Shown: piece by piece, positions 51,701 through 64,000 of the stretch
How positions within the stretch are numbered: position 1 is the first letter of the stretch
Layout: each line of letters opens with the position of its first letter
Source: Octopus vulgaris
Lineage: Eukaryota
Assembly: GCA_951406725.2 (NCBI GenBank)
Contig: OX597817.1
Span: forward strand, 17,484,001-17,548,000
DNA length: 64,000 bases
Direction: 5' to 3'
Notes under the pieces: generated by a model
The model's database searches: none
What the model saw: only the letters and a program-made list of their open reading frames with translations
What the model was told of the DNA's origin: nothing
Made by a program: the position numbers and the translations under genes

Positions 51701-52319
51701 CTGATGGGAAAAATATAAAAATAAAAAAAAGAATTAAAATATGCTCTTTTTTTTTCTTTTTGCAATTAACATTAATATAAAGAATGCATATCTTTCACCA
51801 TTTTATTTTTCTGCAAATAACAATTTTATTCCCAAGAATAACCAACAAAAAGTTTTGTCATCCAAACACTATTTCCTTGTATGCCATCAAGTAATTTAGT
51901 TTTTCTTCTCTAAAACATTTTCTTTATTTTTTTCTTGCTTGTTTCGGTCACTGGACTATGGCCATGCTAGAACACCACTTTTTTAAGGTTTGGTACTTAT
52001 TTTATTAGTCATTTCCCATCCCAAAGGCTATATTACACAGTTGCATTATTTTCCTAGTGTATGTCAAAGCCAGGAAAGGAAGACAGAGGCATGGACAAAG
52101 TTAGAAAGAGAGATAAAGAGATAAAAAGGGAGTGAGGATGGAAAAATAAGAAGTATTAAGAGAAAAGAGGAGATAGAAAGTGAGAGTTCATGAAATGTAA
52201 AATCAAACAATCTGTATTTATTCACATCTGCATGCACAAGTGGTGTGTGTATAAATACAAGAGGAAAAGATAGTGTGGGAGAATAAAGAAAAGACAAAGT
52301 AAGAACTAGAGGATGTTAA

Positions 52320-52702
52320 ACAAACGCAAGTCTACCTTCACTAACACTACTACCACCACAACTAGTACTACCAGCAATACTACAATTACACACCCCTTCA
52401 TGCTATCTGATAATGTTGTGGCCACCGTTCTGGTAGTGGGATTGTCATCGGCATTGATATAGTGGTGATGGTAGTAGTTGCAGCGAGGACAGAGGTAATT
52501 GTTGTAGCAGTGGTATGGTCTTAATAACCATAGTAGGGATGGTTGTTGTAGTGTTGGTAGTGTCAATAGTAGTGATAGTAGTAGCAGTGATGAGGACCGT
52601 AGGTGCGGTAGTATTGGCTGTAATAGTGATAGCATTAGTCATGTGATAGTATTGATAGTAGCAGCAACAGCACTAGTAGCGGTAGTGTTAATAGTAGCAG
52701 TG
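52320..52702. repeat. Degenerate trinucleotide low-complexity tract (CTA/GTA/GTG)
   Basis: Direct reading. Confidence 0.8.
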
Positions 52703-53251
52703 TTCACATCTTGACTACACACACACATTAACAATTTAATACATAAGGAAAACTTCAACAACTTTTATCACATTCTCTGTTGCTTTTGATCAAAGGCATT
52801 CCAGTTGTAACCATCCTGATTTTATTGTATATCAAGGATTGCATTGCCCATTGTAGCTGCTGTGGTGATGATGATGATGGTTTTTTTTGCTATTACCAAA
52901 CAAGCATGGGTGTAGGGAGTGGGGGGTAAAGCAGTGATACAAATCCATATATTTACACACACACATAAGTAATATATACAGGCATCTCAAATAGACATCA
53001 TTGTTTTTTAAAGCTTTATTTCTAGAAATAAAATAAATTCAATATTTCGTTTTGGGATTTGGTTTGCAAGATTCTTTATATGAGTTTGTGTGTTGAAGCA
53101 TATTCTGTTGTGTCTAGGGAGAGTCATTAGGAAAATAAAAATAAGAAATAAGTGGAAATTTTACCGGTGAGTGTGTTACTTTATAAGGCACAAAAAGAAA
53201 ATGACTCTCCCCAGACACAACAGATAATAATTTAAAATGATGCATTTAATT

Positions 53252-53582
53252 CAGGGGCTCTCAACCAACTTTTACCCATGGACCCCTTTGATTACTATTT
53301 TATTCTGGTGGATCCCCATAGCCATTCAGCGTTTAAAATCTAGTTTTATAGAAACTTCTTTCAAAATTCCTATGTTGTTTTTCACACATTAACTTGTGTC
53401 GGTTGAACTATGTACAATGTTAGAGAAAGAAACCTAGCTGTTTCTTGCAATACCTACCAATACAAACATCTAAAGCAAAATCTTTTCAGGGGCACTCAAA
53501 ATACTATTATGGGTCCCCAGTTTACTATTTTGTTGCATGGACCCCCCCAAAATCTTATATGGACCCCAGTTGAGAATCACTT
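53252..53582. mobile_element. hAT (Charlie/MER5-like) MITE
   Basis: TIRs CAGGGGCTCTCAAC / GTTGAGAATCACTT; repeated ggacccc motifs; 8-bp flanks atttaatt / atttaaat (7/8 match). Confidence 0.75.
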
Positions 53583-55684
53583 ATTTAAATAGTTAATCTG
53601 GTATTTAGTAGCCATACCCTGAGCAGTTTTTAATGAGCTAATTCTTTTGGGTATCATACTAATGAGCAGAATTTATTTACTTTTGAGATGTCTGTGTGTA
53701 ATATCCTTTAATATCAGTGTTCTAGGCTGCATGGGTTAGATGGTTTGACAGGATCACATATGTATGTGAGAGCATGAGAGGAAACAAGCTATGTTCTATC
53801 AAATGACTAGCTAATTATATATGTGTTGTAGGTTTCAATATGTGTATGTATACATAAGAATAAATATATCAAAGGAACATAATTATTATATTCTCTACAT
53901 TGATTCTATCTTCCAGCCTCTCTGAGTCTTAACACACAATAGAAATTTACAGACAGAATTTACATTTGGCTCTTGAGCCACTCCTATAAATAAATAGCTA
54001 TTGTTTTGCTTCTTTACAAGTGTGGTGAATTAGAATAAACACACTAAATACTTTGCAATATTAAGTCTTGTCTGTCTTGAATCTAAATTCAAAGTCCAAC
54101 AACACTACTTTACATCTTTCCATGAAAAAATACTATTCATATGCTGAGGTTAAATTAGCTGATTGTATCCATCCTTAAATTATAAAAAAACCCCAAAAAA
54201 ACAAAAGCTTGGTCCATTGTCAGAATGAATGGTTTCAAATTTTGGTCAGCAATTTCAGAGGGAGGAGTTAAATCAATTACATTGACCCCAATGCTACACT
54301 GGGATTTATTTTATTGATCCCAAAATGATGAAAGGTAAAGTTGACTTCAGTAGGATTTGAACTCAGAATGTAAAGATTCAGAAAAAATACCAGTATGCAT
54401 TTTCTCTGATAAGCTAACAATTCAGCCAGCATGTTGCTTTCTTTGTCAGAATGAATTAATGCTGCTTTCCATTTATTTTGTATTTTATTTTATATTTTTT
54501 TGGTATTTAGTATATTAATAGCTAATTAAACATTTTGCTATAAGAAAGAGATTCTTATTTAAAATCATAGAAACAGATCACAGATATCTAATAGAATTGT
54601 GGTTTGTAAGAGATTGAAGGTTGCTTATTGAAAATCTGTATGACCTATCCACAAAATCATACATGACAATTGTGCTTAGAGCCATATGAAGGTGAAACAA
54701 CTTCTCTTCTACATTCTTAGGATACTGGGAATAGCTGCAATGATGTGTGTGTGTGTCAGAATACCTCAACCTTTTATAGCTCAGCACCTGCTTTCACAGA
54801 CACTGCTATTTTATAAATGTTCCTTTCATGTGTTCTGAGAGAAAAAAAAATGGTTATTTCAATTAAAAAGAAGCTAATTTTTGTGCAGCAATTTTTTTTC
54901 TTTGTTCCCTCACCATCCATATTTTCTTGTACTATGACAGACACTTTTAGAAAATTTTGTGGATTAATGTTTTCTATGTTAACTTTTATAGAAATTATGA
55001 AAGAAAATGAGAATTTATGCAATAAAATTATAAATTATATTGATCTTGACAGATCATCTATCATATTTTCTTCCCACTGGAAACACAATGGCCGATTCAT
55101 AGTTTGATCGCAACAAAGATTTCTTTGAAAATATGTTAAAATTGTACTCTGCTTCAAAATTTTATTTTTAAGAAAAATCATGATCCCTTTAAACACACCT
55201 TACCCCCTTAACATTTGCTGCCCTCTTATGAGGTTACAATGCCTAAGCAGGCAATATCAACCAAATTAAAAACCACTGTTCTAGAACAAATCAGCTTTGC
55301 ATACAACAGGAGTTGAATTACAATTTTTTCTTGTTTATATAATTTCAAAAATAATACTACAAAAACAAATAGTGAAATTCAATTACTTTTTCTAAATTAA
55401 AATTTAATTTGTTTTATGATAATGAGTTGTAGAAGTATACATGAGAATAAATATATTACTGTAGTTTGTTTTTTCAAAGACTTGATCAAGAAATATGAGC
55501 AAACAATGTAATTTTGACATGTCAACAATCATAATTTATTGATACAATGAAGAGAAGCTTTAAATTGTGCTTTTATATTCAAAGAAAGAACACAAATTTG
55601 ATGCTAAAAGCTTCCTTGCATAAAAATTTGCACTCCTATTATCAACATTTTGTTCTCATCAGCAAATCTAAAAATGATGAACTA

Positions 55685-55887
55685 TACTCTTTTACTTGTT
55701 TCAGTCATTTGACTGCGGCCATGCTGGAACACTGCCTTTAATCAAGCAAATCGACCCCGGAACTTATTCTTTGTAAGCCCAGTACTTATTCTATCGGTCT
55801 CTTTTGCCGAACCACTAAGTGACGGGGACGTAAACACACCAGCATCGGTTATCAAGCAATGCTAGGGGGACAAACACAGACACACAA

Positions 55888-55926
<39 letters not shown>

Positions 55927-56083
55927 CGACAGGCTTCTTTCAGTTTCCGTCTACCAAATCCACTCACAAGGCATTGGTCGGCCCGGGGCTATAGCAGAAG
56001 ACACTTGCCCAAGGTGCCACGCAGTGGGACTGAACCCGGAACCATGTGGTTGGTTAGCAAGCTACTTACCACACAGCCACTCC
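55685..56083 (-). mobile_element. tRNA-derived SINE (major family)
   Basis: Matches 17101-17500. Confidence 0.9.
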
Positions 56084-56414
56084 TTAAGCAATATCTTAAG
56101 TAATAAGAATATATAGGTGACGCTGTGTATTGAATATTATATTTCTGTTATTGCAGGTTTGCAATTGGAGCAGAGAAATTGAAGCTAGAAAGGATTCTTG
56201 AAGAATACATTGTTTCCAAGAAAGATATTCTAAGAAAGCATTAGTATTGTTTATAGGAAGAGTAACACAGAAGATCATCAAGAAAAGAATAGACAAGTGT
56301 ATCGTGTGTGTTCCCATACTTGGAATTGTGGCTCCCTCTTTAGTTTTCAACACAAAAACTTAAGAGAAATTAACAATATTCATGAAACGAATAAAAAAAA
56401 AAAAATTTTAGGTA

Positions 56415-56806
56415 CAGGAGTGGCTGTGTGGTAAGTAGCTTGCTTACCAACCACATGGTTCCGGGTTCAGTCCCACTGCGTGGCACCTTGGGCAAGTGTC
56501 TTCTGCTATGGTCCTGGGCTGACCAATGCTTTGTGAGTGGATTTGGTAGGCGCAAACTGAAAGAAGCCTGTCGTATATATGGATGGTGTGTTTGTGCGTC
56601 TGTGTTTGTCACCCTAGCATTGCTTGACAACTGATGCTGGTGTGTTTACATCCCTGTCACTTAGCGGTTCGGCAAAAGAGACCGATAGAATAAGTACTGG
56701 GCATACAAAGAATAAGTCCCAGGGTCGATTTGCTCGACTAAAGGCGGTGCTCCAGCATGGCCACAGTCAAATGACTGAAACAAGTAAAAGAGAGTAAAGA
56801 GAGTAA
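56415..56806 (+). mobile_element. tRNA-derived SINE (major family)
   Basis: Matches 22403-22795. Confidence 0.9.
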
Positions 56807-57306
56807 CTAGTGGCTGATCTGATTTCATGTGTTTGCTTGCTCTAACCTGCACTGGATGTTGATAAAACTACACCAAACAACTGCTTTTTATATAAACATA
56901 CACCATAATTAAAACACTCAACAGCTTCTACTTCCTCCACACTATCTCTCTCTATCTCTCCAGTAATTAACTAACATCTACTGTTATCTGCCAACAGGAA
57001 TGCTATGCATTGCTTTGTTTCAAATTACACACTGCTGCAATTATAAGTTGCTGTAAAAAGACCAACCGAATTTCTTTTCTTCTACCTCTCCACAATGTGA
57101 TGTAAGATGAGACAGCTGGAACAGAATCTTTGAAGTTAAACTAACCTAGAATCCTAAAAAAATAATCTGATGTAATTAAGCAGATAAGTAGGGCAACGAT
57201 CTTATCTAATCAACATTTTCATAGGTTAGAAATATTCTTTTTTAAACTACTATGTGGAATTTAATTTATTTCTTCTGCACTAGAAGTCACAATAATATAC
57301 AATTAA

Positions 57307-57703
57307 CTAGCAGTATCGCCCGGCGTTGCTCGGGTTCGTAAGGGAAATAACTATATAAGCATTTTTAGAGAGTTATAGCCAAAAAATAGCAAAAAAATGC
57401 ATTAAAAATGGAAAAAAAATAATGGTAAATTTTTTTTAAATCGTTGACTCATCATAGACATTTTTAGAGAGTTACTTCCCTTATATAATAGCGAAAAAAT
57501 GCATTAAAATGGAAAAAAATGATGGTAAATTTTTTTTTAAATCGTTGACTCATCATAGATGCGCACTAATATCCAGAAGGGCTCGATATGAATCACGACT
57601 ATAAGATACCCGGTTTTGGTTAAACTGCACCGCAAAATGTGGGAGTAGTTAGGAATCTAAATCGTAGGAGACAGACACACAACTTGACTTTTATATATAA
57701 AGA
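57307..57703 (-). mobile_element. Non-autonomous Helitron-like element with internal ~100-bp duplication
   Basis: Minus: A|TCtttatatataaaag ... cccgagcaacgccggg cgatactg CTAG|T. Confidence 0.75.
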
Positions 57704-57936
57704 TTTAGTTCAATTAGTCTTCTTTATTTGAAACATAAGGTTAAGAAAATGCTTAGATGCACAGATATGTTTTAAGTTTTTACTAGGCACAGAACTTGGA
57801 TTCCAACTTGGGGCTTCTATATTCACTTATGTCTTGTGTATGAATTTAATCATAATCAATAACTTTGAGAAGAATGGACTTGCCCACAGATTTATTCTTG
57901 ACATAGTACATGAATTTTGCACATAAAGTTCTCATA

Positions 57937-58340
57937 GGCACAGGAGTGGTTGTGTGGTAAGAAGCTTGCTTCTCAACCACATGGTTCTGGGTTCAGTCCC
58001 ACTGCATAGCACCTAGGGCAAGTGTCTTCTACCAAAGCCTCGGGCTGACCAAGGCGTTATGAGTGAATTTAACAGACGGAAACAGAAAGAAGTCTGTTGT
58101 ATATTTATATATATATATATATATGTATGTGCGTGTGTGTGTGTATTTGTGTTTATCCCCGCCACCATTGCTTGACAACTGATGTTAATGTGTCTAAGTC
58201 CCTGTGACTTAGCAGTTCGGCAAAGGAGACCGATAGAATAAGTACTAGGCTTACAAAGAATAAGTCCTGCGGTTGATTTGTTCGACTAAAGGCGGTGCTT
58301 CAGCATGGCCACAGTCAAATGACTAAAACAAGTAAAAGAA
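57937..58340 (+). mobile_element. tRNA-derived SINE (older copy)
   Basis: Diverged match to the major family. Confidence 0.85.
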
Positions 58341-58693
58341 TAAAGAATAAATAAAAGAATGCTTTAAATGGATTTTGATCGGAGCATAATTTAAATTTAT
58401 GTACAAATAATGGATAATTCATAGGAATTTTGGTGTTTGGTCGAAAGTCAAACTTGTTTAAGTAGACATTTAGTCAAAGATGATTTAGTTGAGATCATCC
58501 AGTCTTTTTGTAGGTCCTTCTTTTTTTTTAAAAACAATAGGATATAATTTAAGATTTGGTTGTTTATTTTAGCAGGTTGGATAACAATGTAGAATTCTTC
58601 ACTGGTTTATTTTTCAGTTTAGTAGCCACAAAGGTTCTCATTCATACAATAGAGAAGTCTCATAACTGTTTTGAGATTTAATAGCAAACAGCT

Positions 58694-58862
58694 CAGGAGT
58701 GGCTGTGTGGTAAGTAACTTGCTAACCAGCCACATGGTTCCGGGTTCAGTCCCACCGTGTGGCATCTTGGGCAAGTGTCTTCTACTATAGCTCCGGGCCG
58801 ACCCATGCCTTGTGAGTGGATTTGGTAGACGGAAACTGAAAGAAGCCTGTCGTATATATGTC

Positions 58863-58939
<77 letters not shown>

Positions 58940-59130
58940 TGTCCTCCTAGCATTGCTTGACAACCGATGCTGGTGTGTTTACATCCCCGTCAATTAGCAG
59001 TTCGGCAAAAAGAGACCGATAGAATAAGTACTGGGCTTACAAAGAATAAGTCCCGGGGTCGATTTGCTCGACTAAAGGCGGTGCTCCAGCATGGCCAGAG
59101 TCAAATGACTGAAACAAGTAAAAAGAGAGA
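58694..59130 (+). mobile_element. tRNA-derived SINE (major family)
   Basis: Matches 22403-22795; expanded (TG)n. Confidence 0.9.
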
Positions 59131-59403
59131 GCTAGCCTAATTTTGGAGAATATTCTTACCCTCCCCCCAACACACACAAACATCAGCCCAGGAACTGGGG
59201 TGTGCAAACAAACCTCCTAAAATTTTTGTTTATGTTTTGGTGGCGGGGCAATGAAAACACTGAGCATCTTGGACTGGACCTGGGTTTGCACCCCACAAAG
59301 CATATTTTTTCCCGCACTTATGCACACAAATATACACCGGGCCCCATTTTAAAATCATCAAATATACAAAGGAAATGAACACACCTTCCCTTGGTTAAAG
59401 ATA

Positions 59404-59776
59404 TACTCTTTACTCTTTTACTTGTTTCAGTCATTTGACTGCGGCCATGCTGGAGCACCGCCTTTAATCGAGCAACTCGACCCCGAGACTTATTCTTTTG
59501 TAAGCCCAGTACTTATCCTATCGGTCTCTTTTGCCGAACCGCTAAGTAACGGAGACATAAACACACCAGCATCAGTTGTCAAGCAATGCTAGGGGGACAA
59601 ACACACACATATATATATATACATATATACGACGGGCTTCTTTCAGTTTCCGTCTACCAAATCCACTCACAAGGCTATAGTAGAAGACACTTGCCCAAGG
59701 TGCCACGCAGTGGGACTGAACCCGGAACCATGTGGTTGGTAAACAAGCTACTTACCACACAGCCACTCCTGCACCT
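59404..59776 (-). mobile_element. tRNA-derived SINE (major family)
   Basis: Matches 17101-17500 with a small internal deletion. Confidence 0.9.
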
Positions 59777-60105
59777 ATATAATTACAAAATTAGTCGAAA
59801 ATCTCTCCTACGTAAAAACCACTCCTGCACACAAAACTACTTTTGTATTGCAAAATTATCAACAATTTCTAAAGGAATTTCCTTCCGTCACTCTTGCTAT
59901 TGTTTTACTAACATTTGGAACCATTTGTGATGGAAATACTTGATAAAGAGTCAAATGTAACAACTCTCCCATCACCACACACAAAATATAAATAAATAAA
60001 TAAAATTATACACTTACATAAGAAGCAAATGTTTAATAATTCTCATCTTGTAACCTGACTGGCTGGAATTGCTTCTTTCTATTTCTAACATATGTTGAGA
60101 AGAGT

Positions 60106-60352
60106 GGAGGCGCAATGGCCCAGTGGTTAGGGCAGCGGACTCGCAGTCATAGGATCGCGGTTTCGATTCCCAGACCGGGCGTTGTGAGTGTTTATTGAGC
60201 GAAAACACCTAAAGTTCCACGAGGCTCCGGCAGGGATGGTGGTGATCCCTGCTGTACTCTTTCACCACAACTTTCTCTCACTCTTACTTCCTGTTTCTGT
60301 TGTACCTGTATTTCAAAGGGCTGGCCTTGTCACTCTCTGTGTCACGCTGAAT
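60106..60352 (+). mobile_element. Third tRNA-derived SINE family
   Basis: ggaggcgcaaTGGCCCAGTGGTTAGggcagcggactcgcagtc...GGTTTCGATTCCcagacc tRNA-like head with an unrelated body; no intact acceptor stem. Confidence 0.75.
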
Positions 60353-61379
60353 GAGAAGAATATGACTATCTGATGTCTTTTACTCTAAAACTTACTTCAT
60401 TTCTATACAAGAAGAAACCTTTACTCCTGTGGTTTCTAATGCTTACTGGCTGCATCACAATCTGTCTCATTTCTATATTTATGGTATGCAACACTCTTGT
60501 TTAACACTTTTGCAATAGAGAAAATGGAAGCCTCGGGGGGAAATCTTACATCTCTCATAATACTGTTTATTATACCCAAGGGAAGAGGTTCCCAATTTGA
60601 TACTCACTAAGATAGTATGGGTAAGTGGTAGGAGAGCACAGACTGTGTTCAAAATTCTCCAGGACTACAACTGTATAATTACCAAGTCTCTCTTTCTTTC
60701 TCTTTCACACACACACACACATCTTTCAATTGAGAGATGAAACTGGGAAAATGAGTTAATTTAGCAAAGACCAAAGTTGTGAGTGAATACATGGTTTGAG
60801 TAGACAGACTTTCAAAGAGTTAGAGTCAATGAGAAAATTCATGTACATAAAAGGGGTCCTTGGAGAAAAAGCTGAGTATCACAGTTCTAGGGTTTCATGA
60901 CACCCCAGTTGGAAACCACTACTTTAGGCAGTCAGTCAATCTGCTAGAAGTAGCAAGTAATGTCTCCTCGGATTACACCCTACCTGTTTAGAAAAGGAAG
61001 GTAGGACACATAGGACAACACAAAAACAACAAGATGAGAAAGACTGAAGTACTTTTGATCATATAATTCCTTGTTCAGGGTTAGCTTGGTACTAACAATA
61101 ACAGCAAATACTCTACAAGATTTAAATCAACCAGCTTTCTACTCCAGTTAGAACTGACTTACGTCACCAAATTCTAATATATCCCAACAATAAACCACTC
61201 ACACATGATATGGAAGTAGGATTCAAAAGCTCCTGCAGGAGTGAGATTATGGATCATAATTGGTTTCACCTGTTGGAAACCTTTCTCTTCAGTTATTTCA
61301 CTGATATTCTTGAGAAAGGCTTAAAGATATCACAACTTCCCTTACACATCTCAGTCTCCCATACATATTATCAGGAATT

Positions 61380-63200
61380 CCTAGAAATTCACCAAGCATA
61401 AGTTCTCAGCCTTCTCTTGTTCATCATAGTCCTCCAGGGTATAACAGAGAAATTTAAGACTGGCAGCCCTTGGAAGCTTCTCTATGCTGATGACCTTGTT
61501 CTCATAGCTGAATCAACTAGAGAAAAAATTTCAGGCATGGAAGCAAGTTCTGGGATCAAAGGGCCTTGGAGTTAACTTAGCAAAGACCAAAGTCCTAGTA
61601 AGTAGGAAAACTGATAAATTACTAATCCCTTCAGAGAGATGGTCCTGCTTGATATGTAGAAAAGGTGTATGTAGAAATTCCATACCCAGTGTACCTAGAG
61701 CAAGCTATGGATACATAAGAGGTGCAGTGGTATCGCAGGAAGGTTAACAGAGAAAGTAGACTTTGTGTGTGGCAGATCTACAAGTGCATTAAACATTAAG
61801 AGTGTAAACAGATTTCCTCAAATGTCCAGAGAGGATTCTTAGGAGTAGAAGATAGCTTCCGTTACCAAGGTAACCAAGTTAGCAGTGGAGGAGGAAGCTC
61901 TGAAAGTATAGTTACTAGAATAAGAACAGGTTGGGCAAAGTTCAGAGAGCTACTACCTTTGTTGGTAACAAAGAGCTTCTTATTCAAAGTTACAAGCAGA
62001 CTGCATGATGCCTGTGTACAAACAGCTATGCTACATGGCAGTGAAACATGGGCCGTGGCTACAGAAGACATATTGAAGCTTGAAAGAAATGAAGCCAGCA
62101 TTCTCTGCTGGATGGAGAATGTCATTGTGCATGTATGATGGAGTGAAAATGATTTAAGAAAAAAATTGGGTTTAAGAAGCATCAGATATAGTGTGCAAAA
62201 GAGAAGACTGTGCTGGTAAGGTCATGTGATGTATATGGATGAGGACAGCTACATAAGGAAGTGCTGATCTCTAATTGTGGAGGAAACGTGTGGAAGGACT
62301 AGACACAGAAGATGTGGGATGAAGTGGTAACAAACGGTCTTCAGATGTTGAGTTTCACATAGATGACAAGAATCAAGACTTCTGGTGATTTGCTGGGCCT
62401 GAGAAGACACATCAAGCTGAGTAAAATCGTGGTCATCCATACATACAGGTATGTCATTCATAGACACATCCTCCCCCTCACACATATACACACATAACCT
62501 GTCCTCTGTCAAAACTCCTCCTCCCATCACTACCACCACCTGCTGCAGGCCCTCCCTTCCACTCTCCTTCATGCACCTCACTCACTGCAGGTCTCTCCAC
62601 TCTCCCTTCCACTCTCCTTCATGCACCTCACTCACTGCAGGTCTCTCCACTCTCCCTTACATGCCTCTCCACACACTCTCCATGTCCTCACATATCTACC
62701 ACACCTTCCTCCCAGCTGTTCTAATTTCTCTCACCATCACTTGTTACTGTCATGTCTTCCTCATCTCTAAACCTCAACCCTCACACTCTTAGGGAACATA
62801 CCCCTCTATCTACTCTGCACTACTTATATTATCACTGTTCCCTGTGGGTAGGTCCCAATACATTTCCAGCATCATATATTTCTCTCTCCCTCACTCTGAC
62901 TGCCTTTGTCCCTCTATCATACTTAAACCTCTCACCTGACATACAGCCACTTCCCTCAGCTGAGAGGTCTCTGTCTTGCAAGCTACTTGACAACTCCACT
63001 GGTGCTGGTGCCATGTAAAAAGCACCTGTGCTGGTGTCACGTAAAAAGAACCAGTGTTGGTGCCACATAAGAAGACCAGTAATGGTGCTGCGTAAAAAGC
63101 ACCAGTGCTGGTACCATGTAAAAACCACTCATTACACTCTGTAAAGTGGTTGACGTTAGGAAGGGCATCCAGCTATAGAAATCAAACCTAAACAGACAAT
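61380..63200 (+). mobile_element. Degenerate RTE-clade LINE (RT to 3'UTR)
   Basis: VLSLLLFIIVLQGITEKFKTGSPWKLLYADDLVLIAES (YADD 61483-61494); Cys/His-rich segment; MLHGSETWAV; GHVMYMDEDS; pyrimidine-rich UTR; ~26-bp repeats at 62997-63129; aggaagggcatccagc tail core. Confidence 0.88.
62552..62657. repeat. ~50-bp direct tandem duplication
   Basis: ctcccttccactctccttcatgcacctcactcactgcaggtctctccact twice. Confidence 0.9.
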
Positions 63201-64000
63201 TGGAGTCTGGAGACCTGTATTTGGATAACTAACTGTCTAGTCATGTTTACACAATGTATATACATCTATATTTGTATAATTATCTATCTAATTATGTTTA
63301 AATAATGTATGTACATCTGGGTTGGACACATCTATATCTATCAAGTAAAGTCTTATTTCAATATTAAATTAGTTGGGTTTTTTTAGCCACAGGTCTGTCA
63401 AAATCAAGTCAACCTTTGATCAAAAGTGTTCCACCATTTTTTTAACATAGTTCATCCAGGTCACATCCTTTAATACATCCTGTCTTTCTTAAAATGGTTG
63501 AGTATGATTTGAGGGAGATTTGGCTGATATTTCTAGCAGGTTGAATGATCATATAGATGTTTTGTCATTGACTCTTTTAAATCCAATGTATTTAACAATA
63601 GATTGTCACGCCTGTATAAGTTGTTAGAGTGACAGTCTACGAGTTGAAAAGGCATTATTATTATCATTATTAACTAGCTGGCCCCGTGCTGTCAAAAATG
63701 ATGGCTAATTGTAGTATTTTATATAAATAAATTAGGGACACGTATAAACTGTTAAATTAAGATGTGTATTTTTAATATACCTTTCAACTGCAGTTGTTTT
63801 ATATTCGTGATACACTTAGGAAATAATTACTTTCCCTAATGAGTTTGTATATGTATATGTTTGTGTAGGTGTGTGTGATTGTAATAATTATTTTTAAGAA
63901 AACTGATAGAATATGGATGGTAAATCAAATTGATACACTTGTCAATGTTATCTAGTGGTTGTCTTTTGAGATGTGACATCCATCATTGTTTGTAACTGAA

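Noticed and set aside
54914-54985. Candidate upstream STK11IP exon (VNIENINPQNFLKVSVIVQENMD)
   Set aside because: Ends in phase 1 while the next exon needs phase 2; no recognisable similarity.
56157-56244. Plus-strand acceptor followed by FAIGAEKLKLERILEEYIVSKKDILRKH*
   Set aside because: No upstream exon or homology recognised; could be chance.
60018-60084. Phase-compatible candidate STK11IP exon with gtaagt donor
   Set aside because: Weak acceptor abutting a SINE head and no similarity to STK11IP; RNA-seq would be needed.
60106-60180. tRNA gene
   Set aside because: A and B boxes are present, but there is no proper acceptor stem and it continues into a repeat body, so it is a SINE head.

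Overview
AT-rich, repeat-dense animal genomic DNA. The SINE/LINE families look like those of Octopus (coleoid cephalopod); this is inferred from recognising the repeats, not from a search. One protein-coding gene is supported: the 3' part of STK11IP (LKB1-interacting protein) on the minus strand. It has six frame-compatible coding exons (51700 to 41172), plus a probable non-coding last exon after an intron that starts 11 nt past the stop codon. Its LRR-encoding 5' exons were not found in the window. The rest is mostly transposon-derived: tRNA-headed SINEs, RTE/CR1/R4 LINE fragments, a deleted mariner, TTAA-, hAT- and pogo-type MITEs, and non-autonomous Helitrons. There is also a truncated 7SL (SRP) RNA copy. 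The most interesting signal is a set of small elements carrying type I hammerhead-ribozyme folds. Two copies of a ~360-nt unit in STK11IP introns (42792-43126, 50405-50810) are circularly permuted relative to each other, one is terminally redundant, and both ribozymes lie on the pre-mRNA strand. That layout suggests a retrozyme-like, circular-RNA-derived element. Most ORFs in the supplied track are spurious microsatellite or repeat frames.
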